Made by a program: the position numbers and the translations under genes. From an uncultured Bacteroidales bacterium (GTDB taxonomy: Bacteria > Bacteroidota > Bacteroidia > Bacteroidales > UBA10428), in contig CAWBNI010000042.1 of the NCBI GenBank assembly GCA_963790105.1, forward strand, positions 27,235 to 91,234: 64,000 bases of DNA, read 5' to 3'. Positions 59,493 through 64,000 of the stretch are shown here, in pieces (position 1 is the first letter of the stretch; each line of letters opens with the position of its first letter). Under the pieces are notes generated by a model. The model was given only the letters and a program-made list of their open reading frames with translations. It was not told the DNA's origin and did no database searches.

Positions 59493-61965
59493 TCAGAAAT
59501 CAAGTGATACGAGGGTAATTCCGGCTCCTCCCCGTTCCACATGCTCATCCCTGCATGATCGCACAATATCAAGTGAATTGAGATATTCGCGCACCATATT
59601 TTTAAGTATTCCGTTTCCCTTGCCGTGCAAGATCCTCAACTCTGAAACACCCACTACCAGGGCGTCATCTACCAGGTGCCTGACAAGGTCTACAGCTTCC
59701 TCACCCCGTTTCCCGCGGATATCTATATCCGGCTTAAAATTGAGCTTACGCTGGCTTAAACTCCAGTCGAACCGGGCTGGTTTTGCTGAATCCTGTGACG
59801 AGCGCGGACCTTTGACGGCCTGCTTTTCAAGGTTTGAAAGCTTCACCGATGTGATCATGCTCTCGCCATACGTTACAAGGGCATTTTCCCCGTTAATTTC
59901 GAGTACATCGCCCCGGGTGCCCAGGTTTTTAATAAACACTTCATCCCCGGCTGTGATCACATTGTTTTCCGCAGATTCTGCCGGCTTTTCGGATTCCAGT
60001 CGGTTCCCGCCTGAACTTTTTTACCTGTTTGCGCACTTCCCCGATCTTTCCGTCCAGCTGCAATTCGCCCGGGGTTTGATCCTCAGGAATATTTTTACGG
60101 TATTCCTCCAGTTCCTTTCTTGCTTCCCTTGTCTGATCCTTATCTGCCTGAGTTTCCCGGATTACCCGGATGGTTTTTTCAATTTCCTTATTTACATTCG
60201 ACAACAGGTCGGCGGCTTCCTTGCGGGCTGTTTCCAGAATTTCCTTCCGCATTTTCTTTGTTTGCCCGAGTTCTGTTTCGTATTGTTCAAGCATTGATGT
60301 CAGTCGCTTTTCCGATATTCTGATCCGGTCTCGTTTTTCCTCCCAGTACCGCTTATCGCGAAGGATTTCCCTCAAATGTTTGTCGAAATTAATATGATCT
60401 TCCCCTACATTCGAGGCTGCCTTATCCAGTATATCATTCGGAAGCCCGATCTGCCTGGCAATGTCAATGGCAAAGGAACTCCCCGGTTTTCCAATTTCAA
60501 GCCTGAACAGTGGTTTCATCTTTCCCGAATCAAACAGCATCGCGCCATTCACAATACCTTCTGCACCTGAGGCATAATGCTTCAGGTTTGAATAATGGGT
60601 GGTGATCACCCCGTATGTTTTTTTCTGGTTGAGCGATTCGAGTATGGCCTCCGCAATGGCGCCCCCGATATGGGGTTCAGTTCCCGTACCAAATTCATCG
60701 ATCAGGATCAGGCTTGAGGGGGAAGCATGGCGCAGGAAATTCTTCATGTTAAGAAGATGGGAACTATAGGTACTCAGGTCATTTTCAATCGATTGCTCAT
60801 CACCAATGTCGAGAAGGATATCACTGAAAATTCCTGTCTCCGAGCTTTCCACCATGGGCACCAGCAAACCGCATTGAAGCATATACTGGAGCAAACCGGT
60901 TGTTTTCAGGCACACCGATTTTCCGCCTGCGTTAGGACCTGAAATCAGCAGGATACGGTTCTTTTCATCCAGGTACAGGTCAAGCGGAACCACTTCCTTG
61001 CCTTCCTTTTTCAGATGCAGCAGGAGCAGCGGGTGGATTGCCTGTTTCCAGCGAAATCCGGGACTATCGACAAGGGCTGGCAAACCGGCATCAATTTTGA
61101 TGGCCAGCAAAGCCTTGGCCCGGATGAAATCGATCATGCCAAGAAAATCATAGGTTACCAGCAGGTCATCAATATACGGCCGGATAGAATCGGTAAAGCC
61201 GATCAATATTTTTACGATTTCACGGATTTCGGCGATTTCAAGTTCACGGATCTCATTGTTCAGTTCCACAACCTCTGCCGGTTCAACATAAGCCGTGCGG
61301 CCGGTAGCAGATTCATCGTGAACAATACCGCTGATCTTCCGCTTATTGGCGGCAGGAACCGGGATCACGGGACGCCCGTTCCGGATAGAAATTGTTGTGT
61401 CCTTTTCAATAAAGCCATCATCCATGGCTTTTTTCAAAAGGCTTTGTATCCTTTTGCCTGCGGATGCCTGCTTCTGCACGATTTCACCCCGGATCCTCCG
61501 CAATTCAGGGGAAGCATTATCCCTTATCCTTCCCTGCTTTGAAAGGATGGCATCAATGCGCTCATCCACATAACTGTAATACTTCACATTGCCGACCAGT
61601 TTCTTCAGCAGGGGATATTTTTCATGCGGCGTATTCTTAAAAAACCGCAGGATGCTCTTGATTGTTTCAAGGGAGCGCTTGAGATCCCATACTTCTTCCG
61701 TTTCGAGATAGGTACCCTCAATACGTGCCTTTTTCAAACCAGGCGTGAGATCGTGAAAATTGTCGGTTGGAAAATTATCTTCAAAAACACAGATTTGCTT
61801 GAATTCTGCTGTCTGGCCCAACACTTCTTTCAGAACAGCATAATTGGTCATAAAACGGATTTCATCCACTTTCTGTCTTCCGGGGGGAAACAGGCACTGA
61901 TCTTTTACCAGTTCCCTGATCTGGTCGAACCCGGTTTTGATCTCGAAATTGGAAGGATATATCAA
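59493..61965 (-). pseudogene. mutS2: Endonuclease MutS2 (MutS domain V ATPase + C-terminal Smr domain), one frame interruption
   Basis: Likely TTG start at 61965 (LIYPSNFEIKTGFDQIRELV). Walker A ISGPNAGGKS, DEFGTGTEP. The frame switches at the T6 run 60016-60021 (A6 on the coding strand) into ORF 59493-59960, which carries the Smr domain (DIRGKRGEEA...LRILHGKGNGILK). Confidence 0.85.
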
Positions 61966-62079
61966 GTGTGTATGGATTTGTGGTACAAAAATAGCTGAAA
62001 ATGGAAGCGATTTTAGTCTTCGAAAAACAAATTCCTCTTTTTGGTTGTTAGTGAGGTAAAATTTAATAAATAGTTCACA

Positions 62080-62815
62080 ATGCATATACACCCAAAAAAT
62101 CAGGCAGGTAAAAACAGTATAATTCGAAATTTGCAGTCGGCATCGCCTGCTGTTGAAACGATCACCCTGAGAAAGGTTTACAGATTGCACGAGATCAGAT
62201 ATTTAACCGGGGACACGTATGTCATGCGTTTTGACCGCAATGCCATGCCATTCCGTGCCGGCCAACACATTACCCTGGGCATACCGGGCAATAATCAGGT
62301 TCGTGAATATTCAATTTACAGCACAGAGCAGGACAACGCCCTGGAAGTTCTTATAAAAGAGGTGGAAACCGGTTCAGTCTCCAAACAGTTGAGTAAGCTC
62401 ATACCGGGTGAACTCCTCGAGGTGGATGGACCCTTTGGCTATTTTACACTGGATGAGAAACAAGGTGCAGGTAAGGAATATCTTTTCGTTGCAACCGGCA
62501 CAGGAATTGCTCCGTTTCATAGCCTGGCAGGTTCGAATCCCGGGTCTGAATTATACAGTGCTGCATGGTGTCCGCTATGGCACAGAGGCGTATGAATCCT
62601 TTTCTTTCCCGAAGAACAGGCACATTCTTTGCACATCACGCGACAGCGAGGGAGATTTTCATGGCCGGGTAACCGATTACCTTAAGCAAAAAGAGCTTAA
62701 AATTGATACAATGGTATATCTTTGCGGAAATTGTGACATGATTTATGATGTCTACGATTTACTGACTTCACGGGGGTTTCCGTCGGGAAACATTAAAACG
62801 GAAGTCTATTTCTGA
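62080..62815 (+). pseudogene. Ferredoxin-NADP reductase-like FAD/NAD(P)-binding oxidoreductase (one frame interruption)
   Basis: FAD-binding part (FRAGQHITLGIP...REYSIYS) and NAD-binding motif LFVATGTGIAPF in ORF 62080-62595. The C-terminal half (VLHGVRY...YLCGNCDMI...) is in ORF 62408-62815. The switch lies near 62530-62550. Confidence 0.7.
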
Positions 62816-62838
62816 CGCATTTTTTTATTGACGTATCG

Positions 62839-64000
62839 ATGAAATATCATATTTTGACGCTTGGCTGCCAGATGAATAAATCCGACAGCGAACGCGTTCG
62901 TACCGTGATCGAGGGGATGGGCTACCAGTGGACTGAAGATGAGGAAGAGGCCAGCCTTCTTGGCATATTGGCCTGTTCGGTACGGCAAAAATCAATTGAC
63001 AAGGTATATTCCCGCATTGCCCGGTGGAATAAACGGAAGAACAGGCAAAACCTGCTCACCTTTGTGTCAGGATGCGTGTTGCCGGCTGACAAGGTAAAGT
63101 TTCTGAAACTTTTCGATCTGGTTTTCACCATGAGCGAATTGCCCGACTTTCCGGATATGATCCGGCAATATGGCGTCACCAGCCGGGTCGCTGTGGCAGC
63201 CGCTGTAGGTAACGGAAACAATTGGCCGCCGCAGAATGCATCCGGAAAAAGAAGCAACATTCAGCAGCAGGATGCAGGAATCAGCAGTGGTTGGCAGATA
63301 CAGGGAGCAGTGGTTGATGGCAAAGACAATCAGCCGGTGAGTTCCTTGCGGCCTGAAGCCGGAATACGGGATTTCTGGAAATTACAGCCTTCTTATTTGT
63401 CGGATTTTGAAGCGTATATTCCCATTCAGAACGGATGTGATAAATTCTGTACTTTTTGCGCCGTGCCTTATACCCGCGGAAGGGAGATATCCCGTCCTTC
63501 GGAAGAAATAATGGAAGAATTGAAATTCCTGGTGAATAAAGGGTACAAGTCGATCACCCTGCTCGGACAGAATGTAAATTCATATGGACTCGATAAAAAG
63601 GGCGCTGAGCTGAGCTTTCCGGGACTACTCCGGCAGATTGGAGAATATGGAAGGATTTCAGGACATGAGTTCTGGGTTTATTTTACCTCACCGCATCCGC
63701 GCGACATGAGTGATGAGGTGCTTGAGGTAATTGCAGAATACGACTGCCTGGCCAAACAAATCCACCTTCCGCTGCAGTCAGGTGATAACAAGGTGCTGAT
63801 CCGGATGAACCGGAAGCATTCCATGGCGGATTATTCCCATATAATTGAATCCATCCGGAAGATATTGCCACAGGCAACAGTTTTTACCGATATTATCGTT
63901 GGATTTACGGGTGAAACCGATGAGCAGTTTGAAAACACGCGGAAGGCCATGGAGACTATTCATTTTAACATGGCTTATATTGCCATTTATTCACCCCGGC
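62839..64000 (+). CDS. MiaB-family radical-SAM methylthiotransferase (3' end outside the window)
   Basis: Not in the ORF track because it has no stop in the window. My translation from ATG 62839 is MKYHILTLGCQMNKSDSERV...LACSVRQ...SGCV (three N-domain cysteines) and radical-SAM motif NGCDKFCTFCAVPYTRG. The frame stays open to position 64000. Confidence 0.8.
   Translation, partial: MKYHILTLGCQMNKSDSERVRTVIEGMGYQWTEDEEEASLLGILACSVRQKSIDKVYSRIARWNKRKNRQNLLTFVSGCVLPADKVKFLKLFDLVFTMSELPDFPDMIRQYGVTSRVAVAAAVGNGNNWPPQNASGKRSNIQQQDAGISSGWQIQGAVVDGKDNQPVSSLRPEAGIRDFWKLQPSYLSDFEAYIPIQNGCDKFCTFCAVPYTRGREISRPSEEIMEELKFLVNKGYKSITLLGQNVNSYGLDKKGAELSFPGLLRQIGEYGRISGHEFWVYFTSPHPRDMSDEVLEVIAEYDCLAKQIHLPLQSGDNKVLIRMNRKHSMADYSHIIESIRKILPQATVFTDIIVGFTGETDEQFENTRKAMETIHFNMAYIAIYSPR

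Noticed and set aside
62526-62550. A tRNA T-arm-like motif GGTTCGAATCCCGG, a possible tRNA or integration-site remnant, at the frame-switch point of the FNR-like gene.
   Set aside because: The flanking bases do not form a T-stem (GCAGG vs CCCGG mismatch) or an acceptor stem. The surrounding sequence encodes the conserved NAD-binding region (LFVATGTGIAPF...). No tRNA cloverleaf can be drawn.

Overview
This is a Bacteroidota-type chromosomal segment of mostly housekeeping and cell-envelope genes. No rRNA, tRNA, CRISPR array, transposase, integrase or recognisable defence genes were found.

Genes recognised, in order:
- MacB-type ABC efflux genes (two FtsX permeases plus a HlyD adaptor)
- DUF4270, outer-membrane barrel, Kelch and DUF4907 envelope genes, then a LytTR response regulator
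- lpdA, meaB, a DUF1573 gene, mnmD, rpmH and an M1 peptidase
- gldB-like, nadE, recQ and guaB
- a parvulin / SurA / OstA cluster and a PduO-type adenosyltransferase
- a porin plus a ~1000-aa TPR protein, then ftsE
- two secreted MORN proteins
- GT4 plus flippase
- an ECF sigma / FecR / STN-domain module
- DUF5063, a 3'-5' exonuclease and rlmI, then GT39
- a glucuronoxylan/glucuronate cluster (CE15, GH115, SDR, ManD)
- mutS2, an FNR-like reductase and a MiaB-family radical-SAM enzyme that runs off the 3' edge

Two things stand out.

1. About 24 genes have their reading frame broken by single-nucleotide indels. Most of the junctions I traced lie at homopolymers. Several long genes (GH115, recQ, guaB, nadE, lpdA) are intact. 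This looks like homopolymer-type sequencing error, but real pseudogenisation or phase variation cannot be excluded from the sequence alone. These genes are listed as pseudogene, meaning not translatable as assembled.

2. At least 14 intergenic regions are filled by a modular family of degenerate 7-9 nt tandem arrays: GGGACGA/GTGACAA, GGGGCTTA, GTGCCAAT, AACTGCAG, AATCGTA, TCTCATC, GGAGTAA, CAATCAAC, CATAATT and TTCAAAT.
- The arrays are interleaved with two conserved hairpin elements and a conserved box, and the modules recur in the same order.
- The G-rich arrays start at or overlap stop codons and lie on the sense strand in all 13 cases.
- At three convergent gene pairs they form long inverted arms.
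- Two genes (rpmH and a MORN gene) are bracketed by direct copies of a composite module.

This repeat system is the most unusual feature of the window. I cannot assign it to any named repeat family from memory. The closest analogies are cyanobacterial STRR heptamer repeats and enterobacterial REP/BIME mosaics.
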